32,000 nucleotides of DNA from an uncultured Candidatus Saccharibacteria bacterium (GCA_964543385.1 CAZIYE010000001.1:270001-302000), one strand, 5' to 3'. Shown: positions 19,563-31,382, numbered from the stretch's first letter. Numbers and translations are program-made. Notes: generated by a model not told the origin, from the sequence alone.

Positions 19563-21269
19563 TTATCTGTAAATTTCCGGAAGAGGAAACGTTTTGCCAA
19601 TTTCCCTCTTCTGCTCGAGATCCTTAATATGCTTTTCTTTTTCAGATATAAATTTCGAAAGATCAAATCCAAACTTTGATATTAGCATTGAAGCATATTT
19701 CCCACCAAGAAAATGGGGAGTTATTACATAGGTAGCGCCAGCCTCATAGAGGCCTATTGCCTCATCGACATCATGCGAGATAACAATTACTACCGTTTCT
19801 GAATTTTCAGCTTTTATTTTGGCTATAAGAAACTGATTTGTCTCAAAATCTGGAATTGTCGATATGACCATTTTGGTTTTTCCAAGATTCAACTCTTCTA
19901 AAAATTCATTATCATCCGCATCACCATATCGACAGGATACTTTGGCCTCCTCGAGCTCCTTGATCTTCTCTGGATCAAAATCAACGACTAAGAACTTTTT
20001 GCCCAACTCTCCAAAAAGTTCAAGAAAGTCTGTGCCCATACGATTGCAGCCAAAGAGGATCACATCATGATTTTCACTCAAAACTTTTCCGCTTTTGACA
20101 GTATTACGTTCATAAATAAACTTTTGGAAAAAAGGATAAATTTTTCCACTGTAGAGAACAATGTAGGAAGATATTGCAATAGTGATAAGACTGACTAAAG
20201 TAATTAAGGATATAATGTCTGGCGATATACCACTTACTTTTTCAGCTAATATAAGGAGAATTAGAGAAAATTCACTCACTTGAGTAAAATTAACAGCTGT
20301 AAAGAAATTTATCTTCTTCCTGTAACCAGTTATTCCAGTCAAAAATAAAACTATCAACGGCTTGATGATTATTACAAATAGGGATAGGAAAATTGCTGGG
20401 TAAATAATAGTAGGCAATGATCCAACTTTTATCTTTGATCCCAACAAAATAAAGAAGAGAATTATAAAAAAATCACGAAGAGGTCTAAGCCTCGAGCTTA
20501 TCTCAAAATGATAAGTTGATGTTGACAATGTGACACCCGCGATTAGAGCACCAATCTCCATCGAGAACCCTAGATAGTGGAATAAGGTAGCCAATCCCAA
20601 ACCCCAGCCGATTGAGAATAAAAATAAAAATTCCTGAGATTTGGCAAATGAGGCTGACAGCATTGGAACAATATAAATTGTAAATAATATGATTAGGTCG
20701 AAAACTACGATACCCTTTATCAGCATGAGAGAAATAGACGAAATATCAGCGCTTCCACCGCTAAAAGCGGAAATTCCGATCAAGATAATTGCGACAACAA
20801 GATCCTGCACAAGCAATAGTCCTATCGATATTTTACTATAGAATTTTGATAGCTCTCTTTTATCTGAGAGTAATTTCATTATGATAATCGTACTCGAAAA
20901 AGTTAATGCCATCCCAACATAGATAGAGGTAATCAAATTAAAATGTAATAAGAAGTAACAGACCAAAAAACCGGCGGTAGTAGTAAGAATGATTTGCCCG
21001 AGTCCAGCAAGTAGCGAGACCTTTCCTACCTCTTTAATAACTTTTGGAGTCAAATTTAGACCAATGATAAAAAGTAGCAACGCGATGCCGAATTGAGAAA
21101 GCGAATCAACCACCTCTTGAAACTGAAGGCTTTTAAAAAGAAACGGCCCCACTATTAGACCGGTAATAATATGTCCAATGATCAAGGGTTGTTTTAATTT
21201 TTGTAAAATACCCGCTACTAATGCAGCAATTACAATTGTGAGACTAAGCCCTACAAAAATGTCCATCAA
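19563..21269 (-). CDS. Kef-type CPA2 cation:proton antiporter with TrkA-N domain
   Basis: 12-TM-like region and HDVILFGCNRMGTDFLELFGELGKKFLVVDFDPEKI Rossmann motif. Confidence 0.92.
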   Translation of the reverse strand: MMDIFVGLSLTIVIAALVAGILQKLKQPLIIGHIITGLIVGPFLFKSLQFQEVVDSLSQFGIALLLFIIGLNLTPKVIKEVGKVSLLAGLGQIILTTTAGFLVCYFLLHFNLITSIYVGMALTFSSTIIIMKLLSDKRELSKFYSKISIGLLLVQDLVVAIILIGISAFSGGSADISSISLMLIKGIVVFDLIILFTIYIVPMLSASFAKSQEFLFLFSIGWGLGLATLFHYLGFSMEIGALIAGVTLSTSTYHFEISSRLRPLRDFFIILFFILLGSKIKVGSLPTIIYPAIFLSLFVIIIKPLIVLFLTGITGYRKKINFFTAVNFTQVSEFSLILLILAEKVSGISPDIISLITLVSLITIAISSYIVLYSGKIYPFFQKFIYERNTVKSGKVLSENHDVILFGCNRMGTDFLELFGELGKKFLVVDFDPEKIKELEEAKVSCRYGDADDNEFLEELNLGKTKMVISTIPDFETNQFLIAKIKAENSETVVIVISHDVDEAIGLYEAGATYVITPHFLGGKYASMLISKFGFDLSKFISEKEKHIKDLEQKREIGKTFPLPEIYR

Positions 21270-21361
21270 AACCCCTCATTTATTTCTTACTATATTATAA
21301 CTAACTCCCACACAAAAAAACAATGATGGCAAACTTAACCATAAAAAAATAGACATTATTT

Positions 21362-21438
21362 TGGTGGGCGCGGGAGAACTCGAATCTCCGACCCCGTCAT
21401 TATCAGTGACGTGCTCTAACCAACTGAGCTACGCGCCC
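21362..21438 (-). tRNA. tRNA-Ile(GAT), CCA encoded
   Basis: GGGCGCGTAGCTCAGTTGGTTAGAGCACGTCACTGATAATGACGGGGTCGGAGATTCGAGTTCTCCCGCGCCCACCA. Confidence 0.96.
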
Positions 21439-21521
21439 AAAATAGAATGTCTATTTTTATGAACGATCAAATACTAACAAAAAACCAAGTTTATTTCAAC
21501 TCTCAAAGAACTTTTTTTCAA

Positions 21522-22760
21522 TTAAACAGAGGTTCCCTCTGTTTCCGCTAAAGAATTACGGTTGGCTTTAACATAGAAAAATATCAAAGAAAACAAAATT
21601 ATTCCTGAAACCAACCATGAAAATTGGATTGATTGATTCTTCCCGACCCAACCGAGTATCAATAAACCAAAGGCTCCTCCCAATTTTCCCATTGCTGAGT
21701 CAAAAGACAAAATAGTGGCTCTTTTATCATTTGGAATAAATTTATTCAGGTATGCCTTTTGAACTGGTCGTTGCATCCCCCTGCCGAATTCATGGATTAA
21801 AAATCCCATTAAAACAGCTACAAAAGTACCGCTATAAGAGATTGCGACTATCGGTAAAGCCAAAATTATAGCCATCAATATAAGAATATAAGAATAGCTT
21901 TTCTGTTTTTTTAATAAATAGTTGATTGCATAGCCGCCAGCCATCATTAACAATGAAAAACCGACCCAAACCCATCCGAGCAACCAAACTTGATTACCGG
22001 CAAGATCATTTAGTCTTGGCGTCCAAAACATGTTTAAAGGCATAAAGGCGAACATCGAGACTACCGAGGACAAGATAAGCCACAAAATAACAGGATGCTT
22101 CATACCATAAGAAATGCTATCTTTGGCAATTGTCATCATTTGGGAAAAGCCAAAACCAATAGTTTTCTTCTTTGCGCCAAAATCATTTTTTACAAACATA
22201 ATTCCGACCGCCAAAGCAATCAAGGAAATCATCGCGCCAAAAGCAAAAGGCAATCCCAAACTAACATTTGCAATGTAGGCACCAATTAAACCGCCGATAA
22301 CCGTAGCAAAACGACCAATAATATTAGCTTGAGAAAAAACAAAATCTACTTTTCCGGTATATTTATTTTCTTCAAGTTTATCGATTATCCAAGCATCGAG
22401 AGCGCCCGAGGCAAAGGTAGTAGCAAGAGCAGCGAATAGCTCAGCAATAACAAAAAAGATAAAGCTAGAAGAAAAAAAATAAATTGTAAACATGCAGACC
22501 ATCAGGGCACTACTGATAATAATTGATTTTTTACGACCAAAATAGTCAGCATAAGCTCCAGTAGGAATTTCAAAAATAAAACTACCAAACATAAAGGCAA
22601 AGTTTACTAAGTTGACCTGAAATAGATCCAGGCCTTTGTCTAACAGAAACAATATATAGGTTACAAAAATAAGACTCATCGCAAAATCAGTCAAAAAAGT
22701 CAGTAAATAATAAACCGACTTAGGATCTCTATTTTTGATATTCTGATGAAAATTATTCAT
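21522..22760 (-). CDS. MFS transporter
   Basis: Hydrophobic 12-TM pattern with EIPTGAYADYFGRKKSIIIS and KRATILSFDSAMGKLGGAFG. Confidence 0.88.
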   Translation of the reverse strand: MNNFHQNIKNRDPKSVYYLLTFLTDFAMSLIFVTYILFLLDKGLDLFQVNLVNFAFMFGSFIFEIPTGAYADYFGRKKSIIISSALMVCMFTIYFFSSSFIFFVIAELFAALATTFASGALDAWIIDKLEENKYTGKVDFVFSQANIIGRFATVIGGLIGAYIANVSLGLPFAFGAMISLIALAVGIMFVKNDFGAKKKTIGFGFSQMMTIAKDSISYGMKHPVILWLILSSVVSMFAFMPLNMFWTPRLNDLAGNQVWLLGWVWVGFSLLMMAGGYAINYLLKKQKSYSYILILMAIILALPIVAISYSGTFVAVLMGFLIHEFGRGMQRPVQKAYLNKFIPNDKRATILSFDSAMGKLGGAFGLLILGWVGKNQSIQFSWLVSGIILFSLIFFYVKANRNSLAETEGTSV

Positions 22761-22789
22761 TTGTAGAAATATTATATTGCTTATCTTAA

Positions 22790-22817
22790 CAAAAAAATCG
22801 CCTTTCGGCGACTTTTC
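22790..22817 (-). terminator. terminator of the 16S transcription unit
   Basis: minus strand GAAAAGTCGCC GAAA GGCGATTTTTTT. Confidence 0.9.
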
Positions 22818-22850
22818 ATCTTTTGCAACTAAATAGTGATAGAGTACGCA

Positions 22851-22953
22851 CCTACATGCAGAGGTTCTGCTGTAGGATTTTCTGCCTCTTGATTCGAAGA
22901 ACGAATCGAGAGTGATCGACCATCTCTCAAGACCAATTGCTTGGCCAGAGATG
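22851..22953 (-). promoter_or_regulatory. array of three hairpins in the 16S 3' trailer
   Basis: 22851-22876 cctaca(t)gcaga-ggt-tctgctgtagg; 22886-22912 region ctcttgattcg-aagaa-cgaatcgagag; 22921-22953 catctct...agagatg. Confidence 0.75.
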
Positions 22954-22960
22954 CTCCTTA

Positions 22961-24408
<1,448 letters not shown>

Positions 24409-24683
24409 GTAAACAATGCACCAAAGTGCATCGTTTTTATTGAGTTTGATTAGCTCTATAAAAATACTAATCAAAAATTATTCTCTCAAAAGAATTGCCT
24501 ACTAGACCCTTCAGCTCCGCCAATAAATTGGCTTTGCTTCTAGGTTTTTCAGACAAACGTACTTATCACTATTTAGTTGTAAAAGAACGTTGTCCCGCCT
24601 CAAAAACAAACGAGACAAAAATACTAGCAAAAATAAACAATCCCCTTATAGAAATTTCTATTTAATTTTTGCAGCTAAAGTGA

Positions 24684-24712
24684 ATACTATCGAAAAAAAC
24701 CCATCTTGTCAA
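24684..24712 (-). promoter_or_regulatory. 16S rRNA promoter
   Basis: TTGACA - 17 nt - TAGTAT, about 275 nt upstream of the mature 16S 5' end. Confidence 0.75.
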
Positions 24713-24799
24713 CACCAATTTAATTTTTTCAAAAATGGAAATAATAAAGCCCAGAATTTTCTGGGCTTTATTATTTCACCGAGCAATTGAATGAAGTTC

Positions 24800-25474
24800 T
24801 TACTTAAGAAGTGATTTGGTGTTTATATCTATGTAATAAGTTTTTCCATTCAGTTTATTTAAAGAATTTATAGCTTTGGCTTCATTTGTAGCATATGAGA
24901 ATGGAGCAGAGACTTTTACCTTGCCAATGGATTTATTATTGAATTTAACCTCATAAACTGCATTCTTCCACATACTGCTCACTACCATGCCACCCTTATC
25001 AGTCATAGAAACATTATAGCCAGTGAAAAATATGCTCTTGGTTTTGTAAACTTTACCATTATTGTAATATTTAGTATCTAATCTATAAAGCCTAGTCATA
25101 AAATTAGGTCCATTGAATTCATGACTATTGCGCTCTACAACACAACCGCCATTGGGATGACCAGGAGCTCCTTTTTTATAGCAATTCTTCGCAGTGACAA
25201 CGCTGGATGTCTTATAAGGACCATCATATTCCTTTTTTGTTGCTTTGTCCCTTATTACAATCTTAAAACCAGCTGTTGGACCGACAGCAACAGGATAGCC
25301 TTCTTCAACACACTTCCCCTTTTTTTCGCTACATGACGCTGACATAGTATCAGCACCAATCTTGTCTTTTAGAAAGAAACTTGCTGCCCCAAGAATTACA
25401 ACAATTGCTGTTATAATTGCAATTGTCACTTTGCTAGTTAACTTTAGTCTTTTTAAGACACTCTTCTTTTTCAT
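24800..25474 (-). CDS. membrane-anchored/secreted protein, 224 aa
   Basis: N-terminal TM after basic residues; SD AGGAG; shares a module with 25493-26710. Confidence 0.7.
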   Translation of the reverse strand: MKKKSVLKRLKLTSKVTIAIITAIVVILGAASFFLKDKIGADTMSASCSEKKGKCVEEGYPVAVGPTAGFKIVIRDKATKKEYDGPYKTSSVVTAKNCYKKGAPGHPNGGCVVERNSHEFNGPNFMTRLYRLDTKYYNNGKVYKTKSIFFTGYNVSMTDKGGMVVSSMWKNAVYEVKFNNKSIGKVKVSAPFSYATNEAKAINSLNKLNGKTYYIDINTKSLLK

Positions 25475-25492
25475 TAGCCTCTCCTTTTTATT

Positions 25493-26710
25493 CTATTTAA
25501 CTTTAATTAAGTACTGTTTTTCAATAAAACTATTATATTTATCCAGCATCTTTTCTTTATTATTATTTCTCTCAGTTGCATCCATAGATTTTATAATTAT
25601 CAGATTAAATTTCGGTCGATAAAATGGGGATTGGATGGTTCTTGCAGCTATTTTTTTGCCTTCCATATTCGTCGCGACAACTTCTGATTTGCTCCAGATT
25701 CTGAATCTATTGCCAGAAATTGTCTGACCAATAAAATAATCATTCCCTACATTGATCAGCTCTGTTTTAAATCTAGCAACTCCATCATTACCAGCAAGGC
25801 CTTTCTCACCATAATATTTCTTAGTCTTTGTGCAATCCTTTTCCTTTTCTGCAGTAATAGTACATTCATAATACCAATTATAGACTTCGTAAACCTGGCC
25901 CGAGATAGCCTCACCACCCTTTGATCTTATAAAGTTAACAACTGTGGACCCAGTAGCAATTGCATTGGCCGACAATACAGGCTGACTAGGGGTTGCAGGA
26001 GCAGGGGTCGCAGAGGCAGCCGGGGTTCCAGCATCTGGACCAACGCTACTGGTTATTTTATCAGTAGGGATCTTTATAGTCTTGACGGCCCCATTCAAAT
26101 TAGCTATATCGCTCTTTGCTTTGTCCAATTTCTTTTGAAAATAAACATTTGAATTTATGGGAAATCGTGCAATTTCCTCCTTCTTGTCAACCGACTTGAT
26201 GACTATGGTATTCGTCTTCCAAGCAACAAAATTTGTGCCACTACCAATACCTGAAAAATAGTAATCATATTTCTTCTGTTTCTTATTACTATATTCGAAA
26301 GTCTGGTTTACGTGGAACAATTTACTTTGAAAAGAAGCTGTTCCATCAGATGCGACCGAGACCGGAACTTCACTGGGCTTATCCACAGAAAAACAGCCAC
26401 CCTTTGGATGTGTTACAGTAGAACCTTTTGGCCCGCAGTCCTTACCCGTTATTAGGCTTGCCACGGATATTTTGTTAATTAATTCTTGCTTAAGAGGAGT
26501 ACCTGTTTCATCAACAAGCTGTATTTTGTAAGTGTTGGGCGAGACAGAAATCTCATCGAAAACTTCTGAGACTTTGGCAGCATCATTAGTGCTGGCGGAA
26601 TAATTGTTATTAAAATAATAAATAACACCAACGACCAAAGCTATTATTATCAATAATAAAAAACGAGAATTCTTTTTACCTTTCCCTTTTAGAGACTTCT
26701 TTTTTGCCAC
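25493..26710 (-). CDS. membrane-anchored/secreted protein with two related modules, 405 aa
   Basis: SD AGGAGG before GTG; N-terminal TM; Ala/Pro/Thr linker (GTPAASATPAPATPSQP) between modules. Confidence 0.72.
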   Translation of the reverse strand: MAKKKSLKGKGKKNSRFLLLIIIALVVGVIYYFNNNYSASTNDAAKVSEVFDEISVSPNTYKIQLVDETGTPLKQELINKISVASLITGKDCGPKGSTVTHPKGGCFSVDKPSEVPVSVASDGTASFQSKLFHVNQTFEYSNKKQKKYDYYFSGIGSGTNFVAWKTNTIVIKSVDKKEEIARFPINSNVYFQKKLDKAKSDIANLNGAVKTIKIPTDKITSSVGPDAGTPAASATPAPATPSQPVLSANAIATGSTVVNFIRSKGGEAISGQVYEVYNWYYECTITAEKEKDCTKTKKYYGEKGLAGNDGVARFKTELINVGNDYFIGQTISGNRFRIWSKSEVVATNMEGKKIAARTIQSPFYRPKFNLIIIKSMDATERNNNKEKMLDKYNSFIEKQYLIKVK

Positions 26711-26796
26711 TTCCCCTCCTGATATAAAAAATAGACGTATTTGTAGTTAATTATACCACCAAGCAATTGCGTGTCAAATTATTTCCAAGGTTGATT

Positions 26797-27762
26797 TTAA
26801 TTGACTCTCGAATATCTAATATGACCAGAGCAGGAGATAATTTCAATCCCCTGCTTTTCCAGTTCATCAAGAATAATATTGAGGCCCAGAGAGTCAGAAG
26901 CGATATGGCCAGCAATTACAATATTTAAGTAGTGTTTTACTGCTTCTTCACGATGTTTTTCAGGGATATGCATACCTATCTCAGTGCCAATACCATATTG
27001 GCTCATTTTCTCATACATTTTTTCCGATCCAGTTGTGCCACCAGTCATACCAGAGACAACAATCTTTCCGGCTCTCGACTTGTCACTACCGGCAAAGATA
27101 ACAGGGCCTGCATTTCTAGCAATACCTTCAGCATATTCTGGAATTTCTTTGAGAGCTTCAATAATCTCTCCAACCGTTTCTGGATTTTTCTTGCTAATAT
27201 AACTGTTAACAAATTTCCAAACTGAATTATCAGCAGGAGTATGAATATTCATCAACGGGATATCCAATAGTTTGGCTACATCTACCGCCTGATAATGATT
27301 TATAGGAGCAATACTTTGTGAAACTTGACGAAGCCTATCTTCTAGGACTTTCTCGGCAACATTAGCCGGAACCCCTGCCATTTCCAAGACTTCGGTTTGA
27401 ATATCCATAACTTCATGCAAATTTGTCAGAGCTTTTCCTTCAGGATGATGCGCAATAATAAGGTCAATTTTTTTGCCCTGCCTTTCCAACTCTTTTGCTA
27501 AAAGCACTTCTGCAGGGCTTATATCAATGCCCACTAAGACTCTTTTTATCTCTTTGCCAGGGTTACCATATTGAATACCACTATCAGAATAGGGGTTTTG
27601 CAACTTATCGACATCAAAATCTTTTTTCTTTTTAGCAGTCAATTCATCATATTCTTCTTTCCGTTTTTTTAAGATCTTATCGACTTTTGACCGACCCCTC
27701 GGGTCGTTATCGATACCAGTTTGAATTGCCAAATGGAAAATTTCCTTAATTTTCATAATCAC
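26797..27762 (-). CDS. NIF3-like (NGG1p-interacting factor 3 family) metal-binding protein
   Basis: VLVGIDISPAEVLLAKE...DLIIAHHPEGKAL...MNIHTPADN...VIAGHIASDSLGLN. Confidence 0.8.
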   Translation of the reverse strand: MIMKIKEIFHLAIQTGIDNDPRGRSKVDKILKKRKEEYDELTAKKKKDFDVDKLQNPYSDSGIQYGNPGKEIKRVLVGIDISPAEVLLAKELERQGKKIDLIIAHHPEGKALTNLHEVMDIQTEVLEMAGVPANVAEKVLEDRLRQVSQSIAPINHYQAVDVAKLLDIPLMNIHTPADNSVWKFVNSYISKKNPETVGEIIEALKEIPEYAEGIARNAGPVIFAGSDKSRAGKIVVSGMTGGTTGSEKMYEKMSQYGIGTEIGMHIPEKHREEAVKHYLNIVIAGHIASDSLGLNIILDELEKQGIEIISCSGHIRYSRVN

Positions 27763-27820
27763 TCCAGTTACTAACTTTCTTTAAACATAACAATAATTAC
27801 AAGGGAGAACAATATATTAT

Positions 27821-28933
27821 TTACTTTAATAAATTCAATATTTCTTTTTTGATAGCAGAAGCAGCAAATGGACGAGCCAACTTTTTAATATTTTTACGAA
27901 TTGTATTTAAATCAATTATCTTATTAAATGCAAGACCAACGAATGTATTTAGTTCAGAGAGACTTGCAGCCATAATCGCAGCATTGTTTTCTATCAAAAA
28001 TCGTGAATTTGCTTCCTCTTGACCTGGTGTCGGCTCAAATATGACAAGTGGAGTACCAATTGCAAGTGATTCCGAAACTGTCAATCCGCCTGCCTTGGAA
28101 ATAATAATGTCTGAAGCGGCCATCAATTCTGATACTTGATCAGTAAAGCCGAATACCTTTATGTTTTTATTTGATTTACCAGCAACCCTCTCTAAACTGT
28201 TTTTAAGACGGTTATTATGGCCCGCCATAACTAGGATTTGAAAATCTTCCTTTAATCCACAGATCATTTTCAAAATTTCTTTTGATTTGCCAACCCCGAA
28301 ACCACCATTCATGATCAGTATAGTAAAACGATCATCTATTCCGAATTGAGAACGAAGTCTTGGTCTAAAAGACTTCTTACTAAACTTTTTGCCAACAGGT
28401 ATTCCTGTTACGCAGATCTTGCCATCTGCACCCAAAGATTTAATCTGTGAAGAAACCTTGTCAGATGGCACTGTGTAAACATCAATCCTTTTATCAATCA
28501 AAAGAGGATGACCATCATAATCAGTCATTGAAAAAAGAAGTTTGAAATTATTATTAAGGCTATCCCTCCAATGTGAAATAAGACCAGAAACGATAAAATG
28601 AGTGCTTACAACAACATCAGGCTGGAAATCTTCCACCAGTTTCTTAAACTTCGTTGCGTTGACAGAATCGAAGAAAACCCTCAGTTTTATTCCAGGAGAA
28701 ATAGTGTGTTTATAAAAGAAAGCATAAAGAGTTGGCAAACTATCTACCATGCGAAGATAGCCCTTTTGGTAAATCCCTTTAGAAACAAAAGAGCAATAAT
28801 CAGAAAGATCTATAGTTTTTACCTCAATATATTTCTCGGAAAATTGCTCAGCAATAGCAGCGGCAGCCTTTGCGTGTCCCATCCCGATTTTAAAAGATAC
28901 TATCAGAACACGCTTTTTCTTCGCTAAAATCAT
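27821..28933 (-). CDS. MGDG-synthase/MurG-like glycosyltransferase
   Basis: [19 protein letters not shown]; MNGGFG; [34 protein letters not shown]; overlaps clpP by 4 nt (ATGA). Confidence 0.85.
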   Translation of the reverse strand: MILAKKKRVLIVSFKIGMGHAKAAAAIAEQFSEKYIEVKTIDLSDYCSFVSKGIYQKGYLRMVDSLPTLYAFFYKHTISPGIKLRVFFDSVNATKFKKLVEDFQPDVVVSTHFIVSGLISHWRDSLNNNFKLLFSMTDYDGHPLLIDKRIDVYTVPSDKVSSQIKSLGADGKICVTGIPVGKKFSKKSFRPRLRSQFGIDDRFTILIMNGGFGVGKSKEILKMICGLKEDFQILVMAGHNNRLKNSLERVAGKSNKNIKVFGFTDQVSELMAASDIIISKAGGLTVSESLAIGTPLVIFEPTPGQEEANSRFLIENNAAIMAASLSELNTFVGLAFNKIIDLNTIRKNIKKLARPFAASAIKKEILNLLK

Positions 28934-29508
28934 TTGATAACTTTATCAATAATACCGTATTTTAGCGCCTCATCAGCACGCATGTAAAAGTCTCTGTCTG
29001 TATCCTTGGAAACTTTTTCCAGAGGTTGGCTGGTATTTTTAGCTAGAATTTTATTCATCTCATCTCGAACCTTTAAAATTTCCTCGGCTTGAATTTTGAT
29101 ATCAGAAGCCTGTCCCTGTGTTCCGCCCATTGGTTGATGGATCAATATACGGGAATTTGGCAAAGAAAATCTCTTGCCCTTCTCACCGCCGGCAAGCAAA
29201 AATGCTGCCATAGAAGCTGCCATGCCGACACAAATTGTCGACACATTAGACTTAATATATTTCATAGTGTCATAGATTGCCATCCCAGAATACACTGACC
29301 CACCAGGAGAATTTATGTACATCTGAATATCTTTTTTATTATCCTCTGCCTCTAGAAACAAAAGTTGTGCAATCACAAGATTTGCTACATCGTCGTCTAT
29401 GGAACCACCCAAAAATACTATTCTGTCCTTTAAAAGCCTAGAATAAATATCGTAGGCGCGCTCGCCCTGCATAGTCTTTTCTATCACTGTTGGAATTAAA
29501 TAACTCAT
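28930..29508 (-). CDS. clpP: ATP-dependent Clp protease proteolytic subunit
   Basis: [20 protein letters not shown]; [19 protein letters not shown]; [14 protein letters not shown]; [17 protein letters not shown]. Confidence 0.96.
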   Translation of the reverse strand: MSYLIPTVIEKTMQGERAYDIYSRLLKDRIVFLGGSIDDDVANLVIAQLLFLEAEDNKKDIQMYINSPGGSVYSGMAIYDTMKYIKSNVSTICVGMAASMAAFLLAGGEKGKRFSLPNSRILIHQPMGGTQGQASDIKIQAEEILKVRDEMNKILAKNTSQPLEKVSKDTDRDFYMRADEALKYGIIDKVIK

Positions 29509-29611
29509 ATGCTCCTTGTTACCATAACTAATTGATCATTTATATATCTATTATAACACTAGCTTCAAGTTATCGACGATTCTCGCTTCACCATCCCGTG
29601 TTATTCAAGAA

Positions 29612-29649
29612 AAGAAAATTAGCTGACTACTTAGCCAGCTAATTTTCTT
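29612..29649. terminator. bidirectional-looking terminator after tig
   Basis: AAGAAAATTAGCTG-ACTACTTAGC-CAGCTAATTTTCTT. Confidence 0.85.
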
Positions 29650-29677
29650 ATACAATAATTTGTCTATGAAGTCAAAG

Positions 29678-30877
29678 CTATTTGACCATTGTATCAACTA
29701 AATGACTGATCGCTTTTTTAGCAGACTCTGGATTATCTCTATCAAGTTTTAGTTCGTCAACAATCTTACCGAGCATCAGCCCTATCTTGATATTTTTCTC
29801 AGCAGTCGGTCTCATTTCTTTCTGAAGTTCCTCTGCAGTTTTCTTAACACTACTTAGATAGGTCTCAAAATTCATTCCCATTCCCTTGAGCTGTTCCTGA
29901 TAACCAGTGAAAATCCTATTGACTTCCTGATTAACCATTTCATCAGCAATGTCTGCCTTAACAAGTGGAAGCATTTTATCTAGAACTTTATTTTCCAGAT
30001 CATCTTGGTATTTCTTATCAAGCTCGAGAGATAAATTCTTTTTGATAGCCTCTATTAGTTCATCAGCATTCTTTTGGCCAAAATCAGCAGCAAATGTATC
30101 ATCAATAGGTGGTAATTTTACTTCCTTTAGATTGATAATATCAACTGAAAATTCAGCCTCTTTGCCAGCGTACTCCTTAGCATGATAATCTTTTGGAAAC
30201 TTTATTTTAAATGTCTTTTTCTCACCCTTTTTCATTCCAACTATTTGCTCCTCAAAGCCAGGGATAAGGGATTTTTCACCGAGTATCAAGGGATGATTTT
30301 TTGAACACATGGAATCAATCTTGACTCCCTTTAGACTTCCTTCAAAGGACACTTCTACCCAATCACCGTCTTTGGCCTCACGATCTATTTCGACGAAAGA
30401 AGCTTTTTGTTTTTGAAGATTATCTAATATCTTCTTTATGTCTTCCTCTTTTACCTCTTCTTTTTTTGGTTTTTCGATTTTGATTTTTGAATAATCAGCA
30501 AGAGTTACTTCGGGAAAAACCATAATCTCCATCTCAAACTCAAGTGGATTAGCTATTTCTTCCTCTGTTTCGCCATAATTTGGATACTTATTGATTTTTA
30601 TAGAAGGAGAAGACATCGAGCTCAAATTATTTTCTTTGAGCGCCTTAAGATAACCTTCACTTATCGCCTGATCCAATCCTTCACCTAAAATCCGAGATAC
30701 ACCAATAGTGCTTTCAATAAGTTTTCTAGGAGCTTTGCCAGGACGAAATCCAGGAAGTTTTGCTGTAGGTGCGACATGTTCATAAGCATGGTTAAAATGC
30801 TTAATCATTTCCTTTGGCTCGAGAGTTATAACAAGCTTTACTTTGCTCTGTTTCAATCTTTCAACTTTTATTTCCAT
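29678..30877 (-). CDS. tig: trigger factor
   Basis: Start set at MEIKVERLKQSKVKL (ATG 30877). FKHAYEHVAPTAKLPGFRPGKAP-type motif and PPIA domain sequence KDGDWVEVSFEGS. Confidence 0.92.
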   Translation of the reverse strand: MEIKVERLKQSKVKLVITLEPKEMIKHFNHAYEHVAPTAKLPGFRPGKAPRKLIESTIGVSRILGEGLDQAISEGYLKALKENNLSSMSSPSIKINKYPNYGETEEEIANPLEFEMEIMVFPEVTLADYSKIKIEKPKKEEVKEEDIKKILDNLQKQKASFVEIDREAKDGDWVEVSFEGSLKGVKIDSMCSKNHPLILGEKSLIPGFEEQIVGMKKGEKKTFKIKFPKDYHAKEYAGKEAEFSVDIINLKEVKLPPIDDTFAADFGQKNADELIEAIKKNLSLELDKKYQDDLENKVLDKMLPLVKADIADEMVNQEVNRIFTGYQEQLKGMGMNFETYLSSVKKTAEELQKEMRPTAEKNIKIGLMLGKIVDELKLDRDNPESAKKAISHLVDTMVK

Positions 30878-31038
30878 AAAACCTTTCAACTTATTATTCC
30901 GGAATCTTGTCTTAACCCAAGCCAAGACCAATAATCAGGAATCTATTTGATATATTTAATATTAGATAAATCTAGGGTGACACTTTATTATCGAAGTAAC
31001 CATAACATATTGTTTTCACCTTTTAAAGGTGAAAACAA

Positions 31039-31071
31039 CTGTTGCCGCCTCCGAGGTGGGAGCGGCAACAG
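31039..31071. terminator. GC-rich hairpin plus adjacent gttttcacc/ggtgaaaac hairpin
   Basis: ctgttgccgc...gcggcaacag; preceding 31013-31035 gttttcacc ttttaaa ggtgaaaac. Confidence 0.5.
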
Positions 31072-31084
31072 GTACAAGTGGCAA

Positions 31085-31267
31085 CTATTTTTCCTCCTTG
31101 AGAGGACATTTAGATTTGCCACAAGGATAGACTAATAGCCCATCCTGTTCAGACTCTTCGATGGACTGCTGAAAATCATGTTCCGCGCTGGAATCATCAG
31201 TCAACAGACCATGCCCATCACAGGGACATTGACGGCATTGCTGCTTACGTCGTCGATCTACTCTCAC
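31085..31267 (-). CDS. small Cys-rich protein, 60 aa
   Basis: SD AGGAGG-CTAGCG-GTG: MRVDRRRKQQCRQCPCDGHG...YPCGKSKCPLKEEK. Shorter than the track ORF. Confidence 0.5.
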   Translation of the reverse strand: MRVDRRRKQQCRQCPCDGHGLLTDDSSAEHDFQQSIEESEQDGLLVYPCGKSKCPLKEEK

Positions 31268-31382
31268 CGCTAGCCTCCTGACACCCAAGCGCAGTTGAAT
31301 TGCGTTGATAGTGCTGAAAACACAGTACAACAAAAGCACTAGATTGTCCATCAATTAAAAGAAAAAGCCAACTAAATATTAA

